This document shows, in pieces, positions 28,125-38,200 of a stretch of 64,000 nt of DNA. The stretch is taken from NCBI GenBank assembly GCA_964575275.1, contig CAZNPE010000005.1, positions 16,402-80,401 of the forward strand. Reading direction: 5' to 3'. Both the position numbers and the translations under genes were made by a program. Position 1 is the stretch's first letter, and each line of letters opens with the position of its first letter. A model generated the notes under the pieces. That model saw nothing but the letters and a program-made list of their open reading frames with translations. It did no database searches and was not told where the DNA came from. The stretch comes from an uncultured Candidatus Peribacteria bacterium. GTDB taxonomy: Bacteria > Patescibacteriota > Gracilibacteria > Peribacterales > Peribacteraceae.

Positions 28125-28367
28125 TTACGCACGCCTCAGAAGGTTTGCGAGAGCAAGCAGGATCATGGCACCGATGACAGCCATGGCGAGAGAGCCAAGC
28201 GTGCCGTAGGTGGTGATATTGAGAAACCGCAGGACAAATCCGCCAATGACTGCCCCCACTATTCCTAAGAGGAAGTCCATCACGACTCCGTGGCCATGAC
28301 CATGCATGAGCACGCTTGCAATCCAACCAGCGAGAATTCCGATGAGAATGAACCAGAGGAGTTCCAT
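28125..28367 (-). CDS. GlsB/YeaQ/YmgE (transglycosylase-associated) family membrane protein
   Basis: MELLWFILIGILAGWIASVLM...LLGIVGAVIGGFV...GSLAMAVIGAMILLAL. About 80 aa, typical of the family. Confidence 0.75.
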   Translation of the reverse strand: MELLWFILIGILAGWIASVLMHGHGHGVVMDFLLGIVGAVIGGFVLRFLNITTYGTLGSLAMAVIGAMILLALANLLRRA

Positions 28368-28468
28368 AGGAAAAATGGGGAAAGTCACGAGCAGGAAATC
28401 TGCTCTCGCGTACATATGACGTGGAGCGAGAGCCCTCGTGACAGAACGATGTTGTCAAAATATTAGTT

Positions 28469-29125
28469 TTATTTTCTGCGAACGTGTTTCTGAAACAGTA
28501 CGTAGGACTGCACAATAGGCACGACAACCGCAACAATCATGACGCCAAAGAACACAACCCATGGTCTGCCTACCCACACAACCGCTTCCAGCAGAATGCT
28601 TATTCCCGCAATGATCCAGAGCGTTGCGCCAAACCGATGCGTCTCGTCCCACACACGATCGCTCGCAAGCGTCCATGGCGTACGAATACCGATGAAATAA
28701 TTCTTCTTCATAGAACGAAAGGCGTACCCCAGTACGGCAAAGAGAACACCGATGCCGCCAATCACCGCCCGGCCAGTGTGAAGTGAAAAATCAGGATTCA
28801 ACGATGCGCACAATTGGAGGGCGTAGACGTATGTAAAAAATGCAACAAGTGCGAGCTGTAGTAACTCCCATGACCTGCGGAATTCTGGATAGCGATGCTT
28901 CTCTGGATCAAATCTCTCAAGCCATGGAAGAAAGACCGCAAGGACAATGGTGAGAACTGGAATGAAGAGTACTGCCATCTCACGCGACATCCACCCATCG
29001 ACCTCGCCTGTGATACCCCAGTGCGATGGCATCATGACTGGAAGCGATGGATACAGAACAAGTCCAACGAGGATCATGCCGGCGATGAGGAGGATCTCAC
29101 TGATCCGAAAGACGGAGAGCTTCAT
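28469..29125 (-). CDS. SdpI/YhfL-type (DUF1648 + SdpI) membrane protein
   Basis: LPVMMPSHWGITGEVDGWMSRE (DUF1648-like) and YFIGIRTPWTLASDRVWDETHRFG (SdpI-like). Confidence 0.65.
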   Translation of the reverse strand: MKLSVFRISEILLIAGMILVGLVLYPSLPVMMPSHWGITGEVDGWMSREMAVLFIPVLTIVLAVFLPWLERFDPEKHRYPEFRRSWELLQLALVAFFTYVYALQLCASLNPDFSLHTGRAVIGGIGVLFAVLGYAFRSMKKNYFIGIRTPWTLASDRVWDETHRFGATLWIIAGISILLEAVVWVGRPWVVFFGVMIVAVVVPIVQSYVLFQKHVRRK

Positions 29126-29335
29126 AGGGAGAAAGAACTCTCACCATTGTACTCGCAAAAAAATCTAAGGCGATCTTCTGAGAGAGTATGGAGACAATGA
29201 TATGTGCCTGTCGCAGATTTCTCGCTTCAGAAAGCACTCATTCACTTTTTATACTTTCTACAATATTTCTAGCAAATATCAAACTCCCCCACCTGCCAAG
29301 AACCTCGTTTTGTGGTATACTATCGAGAAAACTCC

Positions 29336-30751
29336 ATGACACCAACATCGCTCACATCGGCTAAGTTTCGCTCGCTGCTTCCTATTGCAACAGTCGCAAT
29401 ACTCATCGTTGCTATCGTGAGTGTCGCTGGAGTGCTGTTCTTCTTCCGTGGAAAGGCCATTATGGAAGAGCAGTTGAAAGACAAGCTACAAAGCACTGCC
29501 GCAGCAGCAGCCATGCAATTTAGCGGTGAAACGATTGAGCGTATTGAGGAGACTGACACTCTCGCTTCGTCCCCTGCCCTCCGCGACACTGTAGAGAAAC
29601 TACAGGAAATCCGCGGGACCATCACCCATGTTCGATTTGCGTACATCATGCGCAAAACCAACAATCCTGATGTGCTTGCGTTCGTTGCCGATGCAGACCT
29701 CTCGCTCACCGACGAAGAACTCGACCGCAATGGAAATGGTACTGTGGACGAAGACGAAGAGGCATCGGTCCCAGGTGAGCCATACGAGTGGAGTGAATTT
29801 CCTGCGATGGATGAAGCCTTCCTCCACCCTGCGGTGGACGACCACGTTGGCGAAGATCAGTGGGGTCCAATCATCTCAGGATATGCACCCATCCACACGG
29901 AAGATGGACGTGTCGTTGCAATTTTAGGTATCGATATGGGCGCAGAAGATTTCGTAGCGCTCTCTTCGAGCATCTTCTCGCCTATCGCTCTCCTGCTCAT
30001 TCTTTTGGCCTCTCTCACACTTGCAGCGGGGACTACATTGTACTTCTGGAAGCGCCGTGTGGAGATGTTGCATCGCTTGGATATTGAGCGCTCGGGACTT
30101 CTTCGTCTTGCCTTCCATCAGCTCGGCGGTCCGCTCACGATCATCAGCTGGTCACTCGAGGAACTGGAGGAAGAGGGTCCTGCCTCTATCCAGCGCATCG
30201 TTGCGAATATTCAGGAAGGCGTGAAGCGTCTCACAGAAATTCTGCAGACACTGAAAAATGCCGACTTGGTGCATAACCGTAAAATCGAGTACAAGCCGAC
30301 ATTCGGTTCGCTGAGTGAAATCCTGGAGAACGTTGTGAAAGAGTCTGGTACGCAGCTGGCCGTTCGTCGACAGCACATCGCACTCGAGCTTGAGAAAAAC
30401 ATTACCATGAAGCTCGACTCCAAGCTCATTGCAGGAGTGCTCCATGAACTTCTTACAAATGCTATTAGCTTCTCGCCCGAAGACACAACGATCACGGTGC
30501 GCTCGCGACATGCAGGAAAATATGCAGAATTCTCCGTCACCGACGAAGGCTACGGCGTGCCAAAACAGGACATTAAGCGACTCTTCTCCGAGTTTACTCG
30601 TGGTTCCAATGCTACAAAATATAAGGCAGACGGCAACGGCCTTGGCCTCTATATTGTCCGCGGCATTGTGGAGCAAGCGGGCGGAAAAGTGACGCTAGAA
30701 AGCACCGAGGGCAAAGGCACCACTGTCACAGTAAAACTGCCGATGGCATAG
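29336..30751 (+). CDS. sensor histidine kinase (orphan; no response regulator adjacent)
   Basis: Two TM helices flank a periplasmic region. Dimerisation/His region LAFHQLGGPL. HATPase_c with NAISFS, DEGYGVP, GNGLGLYIVRGIVEQAGG. Confidence 0.8.
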   Translation: MTPTSLTSAKFRSLLPIATVAILIVAIVSVAGVLFFFRGKAIMEEQLKDKLQSTAAAAAMQFSGETIERIEETDTLASSPALRDTVEKLQEIRGTITHVRFAYIMRKTNNPDVLAFVADADLSLTDEELDRNGNGTVDEDEEASVPGEPYEWSEFPAMDEAFLHPAVDDHVGEDQWGPIISGYAPIHTEDGRVVAILGIDMGAEDFVALSSSIFSPIALLLILLASLTLAAGTTLYFWKRRVEMLHRLDIERSGLLRLAFHQLGGPLTIISWSLEELEEEGPASIQRIVANIQEGVKRLTEILQTLKNADLVHNRKIEYKPTFGSLSEILENVVKESGTQLAVRRQHIALELEKNITMKLDSKLIAGVLHELLTNAISFSPEDTTITVRSRHAGKYAEFSVTDEGYGVPKQDIKRLFSEFTRGSNATKYKADGNGLGLYIVRGIVEQAGGKVTLESTEGKGTTVTVKLPMA

Positions 30752-30760
30752 GGATGCCGC

Positions 30761-32038
30761 TTAGAGCGCCCCTTCTTTCACTATCTCGATAGTATGCGAC
30801 ATTCGTTCGGCGAGTGTTTTTGGAATTGCGTTGTAGCGAGCGATGCGATTCTCCGTCACAGTCGTGTCATTCTTGCTGATCGTACGCCTCCAACCGATCT
30901 CATTGATTTTGAGATCTGTCCCATCGCCTAGTGCTTCAGCACCATCGGTTTTCAAGAAGAATGGGCCTTCCATGGTGACACGACGACCATCGTCGTAGCC
31001 ATAAATATTGACGAATGCTTCTGTGCCTTCGTGGTGTGTCTGAATCAGCAGTGGTCCACCTGTATCATTGGTGAATTTGAAATCCTGCTTGTCGGTATAC
31101 ACCGTCGCATCGAGACCGGCACCGTACTCTTCGTAATGAAAAACGTAGAGACTATGGTTCTTCTGCTGCACCACGGGAAGTCCTGCACGCAGTACGGCAC
31201 GGTAGAGAGTAGTCGAGACCTGACAAATACCACCACCTGGAGCGGAGCGAACGGTGCCACCTTCGAAAATTGTTGGCGCCATGTACCAACCCATATGTGC
31301 ACCCATATCACCCAAAATTGGATTGAAGGAGAATGTTGCTCCTTCTGGCACCCATACGTTCTGCAAGCGCTCATCTAAGCCCTTTTTGACGTTTCCGATG
31401 CGACCATCTGGGGAGTGACTGAACTCGGAACGACCGGTAGCAAGCAGTACCAAAGGACGCTCTGAATTCTCAGGATCGTAGACCTCCGGAGCTCGAAAAT
31501 TGAGAGCGACAGTGAGAGACGTTTCATCGTCGTTCAACGCAGTAGCAATCGAATGTGCAATGGTATCGATGTCATAGTCATACCCGGCACTCGCAATACA
31601 ATCCGTCTCCGCACGAGTGACTTTGTATTCGTCTGTCCATCGAGACACAATCGTACACGTGTGTGCTTTTTTCAGATCAGCCATTGGATGCGAGTTGAAA
31701 TAGTCTTTCACACGCTCGGCATGTACTACCGCCGTTGGCAAACCGTCGTCGGACAGCGCAAATGCAACCCACTCTGGGTGTGCACTGAGGGCAATGGACA
31801 TCTTTCCGACTGTCGCATCATTTGCGACAAAGGACACAGCGATGGTGCGGCTGAGCAGCGCTGCACGCGCATCGATAGCGCCAGAAATTGGCGGAGGGGT
31901 CACAATAGTTTCTGCTTCTGCCACAAGCTCACCCTGCACCGTCTGCTCCACTCCGCTGGACAGGAAAAACACGGCAAGGAATCCGAGGACAATGCCCATC
32001 AGATACTGCCATGCGTGGAAGTTGCGCGGAGAGTCCAT
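30761..32038 (-). CDS. VanW family protein (paralog 2)
   Basis: GGGICQVSTTLYRAVLRAGLPVVQQKNHSLYVFHYE...GLDATVY...KFTNDTGGPLLIQ. ATG at 32038 (MDSPRNF...) followed by a TM anchor. Confidence 0.75.
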   Translation of the reverse strand: MDSPRNFHAWQYLMGIVLGFLAVFFLSSGVEQTVQGELVAEAETIVTPPPISGAIDARAALLSRTIAVSFVANDATVGKMSIALSAHPEWVAFALSDDGLPTAVVHAERVKDYFNSHPMADLKKAHTCTIVSRWTDEYKVTRAETDCIASAGYDYDIDTIAHSIATALNDDETSLTVALNFRAPEVYDPENSERPLVLLATGRSEFSHSPDGRIGNVKKGLDERLQNVWVPEGATFSFNPILGDMGAHMGWYMAPTIFEGGTVRSAPGGGICQVSTTLYRAVLRAGLPVVQQKNHSLYVFHYEEYGAGLDATVYTDKQDFKFTNDTGGPLLIQTHHEGTEAFVNIYGYDDGRRVTMEGPFFLKTDGAEALGDGTDLKINEIGWRRTISKNDTTVTENRIARYNAIPKTLAERMSHTIEIVKEGAL

Positions 32039-32238
32039 GTGTATGAGGGCGGAGAGAAACAGCAATCATGACGGTGAACACGCTTGCTCCTGTCCTATTT
32101 ATATTATTATACCATAATTTTTAATTATATCAAATATTCACAATACATCGGCTGCCTCTCACGCGGTGCCTATTTCTACCTCATATAAACGTAGCCAGGA
32201 CACGGAAGTCCCGGCTACGCATAGGGGGCAAAAGGGAT

Positions 32239-35200
32239 TTAGAGTCCTCCAGTGAGGAAGCGGCTCGCAGCTGCAGAACCAATGGCAAGCATGGCAACCA
32301 CCGTGATAGTAACGAAGGTACCGAAGCCACCTGAGGAGGATGCTGTCTGGGCTGGCTTGGTCAGACTTCCTTCGACAGTTTGGTCAGCGTACAGATCGCC
32401 ATCGCGTGCTCCTGTGATAGGAAGATAGACCGGTGGGTATGGCTTCTGATCGACTGGTGGGTATGTCGGAGGAGTGTAGGTTGGCGGATAGTACACTGGT
32501 GGAGGGTTGTAATACGGTGGGTTGTAGTATGGTGGGTTGTAGTAAGGCGGTGGGTTATAGATTGGCGGCGGGTTGTAGATCACGTCACCGTAGATGTATG
32601 TCTGATCGCTCGCAGTGCGACCGTTCACCTCCACAGTGTTTGTGACGCTGCCATTGCCACAGTTGTTGCGTACTTCTACGTCAATCCACAATGTGCGGCT
32701 GGAATTCGCTGCGACATCGACATTCGTCCAGCGAACTTGCTGGCTATTGATAGTGGCACCGTCCGAGACAGTAATGATCGCAAAGCACGATGGCACATTG
32801 TCGACAACGTACAGATCATTGGCAGCTGAGCTGCTGTTGTTCGTAATGACGATATTGTAACGCAAGCGATCGCCAACGTTCGCTGTGGAACGGTTGTCTG
32901 TCTTGTAGATAGAAAGATCGTCACTGCTTCCTGGACACTGGAGAGTCGTTGAGACGTACGAACTAGAGTTATTTCCGGTGTTCGTGTCCTGCGTATCAGA
33001 AGTCACGGTCGCATTGTTCTGGATTGTGGATGTGCTGCAGTTATTCACTGTCGGAACGTTAAAGGTGAGCGACACAGAGCGTGTTTCGCCAGAGTTCAGA
33101 GTTCCGATAGTGCACTGCACCTCGCTTCCAACGAGAGAGCAGTTCGCACCACTTGCTGACGAGTACGACAGAGGTGATGGGAAGAGATCGTGGACAATAA
33201 CGTTTGTTGCTGTTGCAGGACCGCTATTGGTCACGTTGAGAGTGTACGTAAGGGTGTTTCCACGAGTCACGGACGATGGACCAGACTTCGTGATGGAGAG
33301 ATCGGCAGTATTGCCAGGGCAGAGCAGTGTTGTTGTCGCGCTCGCCTGGTTATTATTGGAATTCGGATCGTTGACGTTAGAAGAAACCGTTGCTGTGTTC
33401 GTCAGGTTAACCTGAGAACAGTTGTTGATTGTTGGAACAGCGAATGTAAGGCTGACAGTCTTGGACTGGCCAGATGGGATGGAACCCACGTCACACGAGA
33501 CGAAGCCGTTGCTACTACTGCCAGATGGAAGCGCTGTCACACAGTTTGCGCCCGAGGCAGAAACGTAGCTCACGCCTGTTGGGATTGGGTCGTTGATGAC
33601 GACGTTATCAGCCTGTGCTGGACCGTTATTGGTCACAACAAGTGTGTACGTGAGGTTGTTGCCGCGGACAACAGACGAAACTGCGCTCTTCGTGAGAGAC
33701 AGATCGGACGTGTTGCCTGGGCAGGTAACGTTGCTTGTAACGCTACTTGTATTGTTCGTCGTGCTTGGATCGCTCACCGACGATGTGACAGTTGCTGTAT
33801 TCGTAATAGTGCTCGATGAACAGTTCTGGATGGTTGGGACTGCGAATGTGATGGAGATGATGCCTGTGGACTGACCGGCAGCGAGAGAGGCGATCGTACA
33901 CTGAACAGCGTTGTTCACGACGCTACACTGCGCACCGGACGACGAGACGTAGGTCAATCCTGCTGGGATGACATCGCTGATGACGATGTTCTGTGCAACA
34001 GCGGGGCCGGCATTGCTGACAATGATGGAATACGTCGCATTCTGGCCACGAACAATCGATGTTGGGCCAAACTTAACGATTCCAAGATCGGCAGTGGTGC
34101 CTCCCGGACATGTCACTGTCGTGCTGATGCTGCTTGTATTATTGGAGTTCGACGGATCGGTGGACTGAGAGTTGACGGTGACCGTATTGGTTACAGTGCT
34201 CTGCGTGCAGCTATTCACTGATGGAACGTTGAAGGTGAGCTGCACTGTCTTTGTCTCGCCACTCTGGACTGTGCCCAAGTTGCAAGACACAAAACCGTTG
34301 TTACCACCAGACGGCAGCGCAACAGCACAGTTTGCACCGTTTGCTGACACGTAGTTCAAGCCTACTGGAATTGGGTCATTGATAATGACGTTGCCCGCAG
34401 CATTTGGACCTGCATTGGCCACAGCAATGGAGTACGTGATGTTCTCGCCACGAACAACGGACGATGGGCCAGTTTTCGTCACAGAGAGATCCGAGACTGG
34501 GCTATTGGTCTCATCGTCGTCTGTTGGAACGTACGTGAATGGATTATTTGGATTGCCGTCGGTGTGACAGCCTGGATCGTTGATGTCAGCGAGAGAATCT
34601 TCTGGATCCTGGTTATCCACACCGTCGGAACACTGTGGAAGATTCTGCTGACCACAATGAATGGCAGTGAAACCACGAATATCTGGACCTTCACTGACAT
34701 CATTCGATGCGCGGTTTTCCGTGTTGAATACCTCGAGCGCAACAATGGACTGCAAGCCAGCTTGTCCAATATCAACCTGTAGATCTAAGAGGTTCTGTGG
34801 GCGTGAGTTGTATGGATGTGTACGGTTGAAGGACTGGATGAAGACACGCTGACCACCAGCTGTGTATCCGTAGACATCGAAGTTTTCATCCGTATCTTCC
34901 AAATGAATCACTACATCGGCACCAGCTTGATTGACGATAGGTGTGGCAAAACCAACCTTCACATAACCGGCTTGGCTACCGTTATTGTCGAAGTTCACCG
35001 AGTCGCCCAAGCCACCTGGTGCACCGAGAATCGTCTGAGGATTTCCAGTAGGAACACTTGTAGATGCCAAGATGGTGACGGCGTATCGTGAGTTGAGCGG
35101 GCAGAAAGAGACTGTATTTGTCTCATCGTTATCATTTGGATCGTACGAATTCGGATTGTTCGGATCACCATCGGTGTGACAGCCTGGATCGTTGATGTCA

Positions 35201-38200
35201 GCGAGAGAATCTTCTGGATCCTGGTTATCCACACCGTCGCGGCACTCTGGGACAAATGCGCATGTCTGCTGACTTTGAATATTCACACTTCCTGCCCAGG
35301 AGACAAGACGGCCGACGTTACAACCACTCACTTGTCCCTCTGCTTGTAAACGCAGAGTGTGCTGACCTGCACTGAGTGTTCCGAAGTTTATTGCCTGACT
35401 TGTGAGTGGCGAAGGTCCGCCAGGCCAGCCCATGAACTCAGTAGTGCCACGCTCCTGTCCATCGACAAACATTTTCATGCGGACAGAAGAACAGTGTGCT
35501 GGACCTACCGTATAGGTGGCATTCACTTGTGATGTGTTCTGAATAGTAAAGTTGTATGTCGGCTCGTTGTTACACACTTGTCCAAGCGAACTACAGGATG
35601 TGAAAGGAATCGTGATGCTCTGATTTGTTGGTTGAGTGGAGCACACAGAAGAGCTGCTAGACGATGAACTGAACGAGTTACGCTCATCATTATCATCTGG
35701 GTTGTACGAATTCGGATTATTTGGATTGCCATCGGTATGACAGCCTGGATCGTTGATGTCAGCGAGAGAATCTTCTGGATCCTGGTTATCCACACCGTCG
35801 CGGCACTCTGGGACAAACGGTGAAGAACTGGATGTTCCACCTCCACCATTACATGCCATGTTGATGAAATTCGTAATATAGTTAGCGCTTCCCTGGCCTG
35901 GAGTTACGCCAGATGGACCAGCGCCCCAGTTACCTTCCGCAAAGACAAAGCCTTGGTTCCCTTCACGTGGCTTGAGCGCAGCGATACAGAAACCGTCTTT
36001 GCTATACGCACATTCAGCTGGGCTCTGGATGTTTTCAATGAAACCTGGCGAGTTGAGACCACCGGTGAAGTTGAATGTCTTTCCTTGGAGATATGGGTAG
36101 CGAACCGTGTCAGGCTGTTCGATACCAGAGTGGGCACGACCAGTTGTATTGTCCGAGTACTTCATCTTGGACTGGATGCTGTTCATGATCTGACGAGTGT
36201 TATACGACGCCTCGTAGACTATTGGATTGTCTGCAAAGAATGTGAAGTTGGTTCCTGTGTTGTAGGCATTCTTGAAGAGATCGATTTCGGCTTGTGTGAG
36301 CTGACGGTAGCTCAATTGCCAGTCACCCCAGACAACAAGATCTGCATCCTGGAGATCGGACGACTGGAGACGGCGACTACCGGAGAGATCGAGTGTGCGA
36401 ACCTGGACATTCGATGGAAGATTGCTTGGCAAACGAGCTGCGGAATTCTGTGGACCAGCTGCGTATGTGGATGCGTGTACGACGACACAAGAACCATTGT
36501 TTGAAGAACTCGCAATAGAAGAGCTGACGCCACCACCACAGTTGTAGTTCAGCTGGAAGCTATCTGTGTATGGGCCGTAGCCGATATACATGGTGGCAAC
36601 GTTAGAACCATTGGTCACTTCAACTTCATCGTTGTGATATCCACCAACCAATTGGTGCACACCATCGTCGTAGCGTTCGGCACTATTGTAGCCAGACACT
36701 GGCGTGTTTTTGGCTGTCCAGACACCGCCTTCAATAGTGAAACGTGCGTAGACTTTCTCAATGTATCCTGTGGGGAAACCAACGAAATCAACATGGCCGT
36801 TGGCACGATTGACGCCCAAGCTTGGACTCGTTCGATCGTATGCCCCCGTATCGGTAATGATGTTCCCATTGGAGTCAGTCAGATTGAATGTCTGACCATC
36901 TTGGATCACAGTGCCATCGTTCAGGCGAACAGTGTTATTGGCATTGCCACCACCAATGTTCTGAACTTCAATGAAGTTCACACGCACACGACACTGACCA
37001 ACGGTTGGCTGCGAAGACGCGCTGGACGATGAGGTGGTGATGATACCGTTACAGTTGTAGAAGAGTTGGAAGCTGTCGTCGTTCGTGCTGTTTGCAATGT
37101 AAATCTGCGCAACGCTGGACCCATCGGTAATTACTTCATCGGTGTGAGAATAGTGAATGCTATCCCATCCGTGGAATCCCTGACCGTTACCTTCGAGACC
37201 GTTGAATCCACTCACGCCATTGGCCTGGCCTGTGAAAGAGCCATTTTCAACTGTCAGAGTGAGATAGTACTGCTCAGTGTCGGCAAATCCACCAACGGTC
37301 GTGTTCACGACACTCAGCTTTCCTGCTTCGCGACGAATATGCAGGCTAGTGTCATTTGCACCGTAATCTGAGCTATCGGTTATTGGTTGACCGTTTGCGG
37401 TTGTGACATCGAACGTCTGTCCTTCTGTCACAATCGTTCCATCGTTGAGGCGGATACTACCAACGGCATTGCCGCGGTTTGTATTTTTCACATCGATAAA
37501 GTGCACGCGCACACGACAGGTGCCAACACTTGTCTGGGATGATGTACTAGAAGCGACACTGGACGCAGCAGCAGACGACGATGTCGCCTGTGGGTTGCAG
37601 TTGAGTGGGCCGAAGTGAATGTCATCGATGATGTGACCTTCGCCACCATTATCAGTGAACTCGATACGCGCTACCTGGCCTGTAGAGAACTGAACGTGTG
37701 TGTTACGACCGGTAACGTTGCGTGTTTCGATGAGCTGTCCGTTGAGACCGTAGGAACGAATGATGACCTGTGGGATAGCGCCGAAGTCAGTGTCATCGAC
37801 GTAGAAATCGATCGTGGAGCCGTCAACAGTTGCAGCTTGGCTTGGGTTGCTTGGGTTAACAAAGCGCATGATGGCAACCGTATTTGGCGATGCAAATGTT
37901 GGCGTTGTATTGACCGCAAGAACTGGGGATCCCGATGGCGCTGGGAGACCACCTGCTGTTGCAGACAACGGAACGATAGCAAGTGTGTACTGTCCGGATG
38001 CACGGTTCTCGACAGAGAAACGAACACCGCGGTTTTCGTACGGCTGGGCTCCATTCAGCTGACCTGTGATTCCAGCATCACCAAATGTGATGGTCTGTGC
38101 AGAGGTACAGCCATTGATTGTTGCACTCGATGCAACAGAAGACACGCTGGACACCGATGAGACAGACGATGTCCCCCCTCCATTTGGAGCGCCAAGAAGA

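Noticed and set aside
27892-28536. 214-aa minus-strand ORF spanning the YmgE-like gene region.
   Set aside because: It is in a different frame from the well-supported GlsB/YeaQ/YmgE gene (28125-28367) and is Cys/Arg/His-rich. Only its last 61 codons (a small TM protein) are kept, as a low-confidence call.
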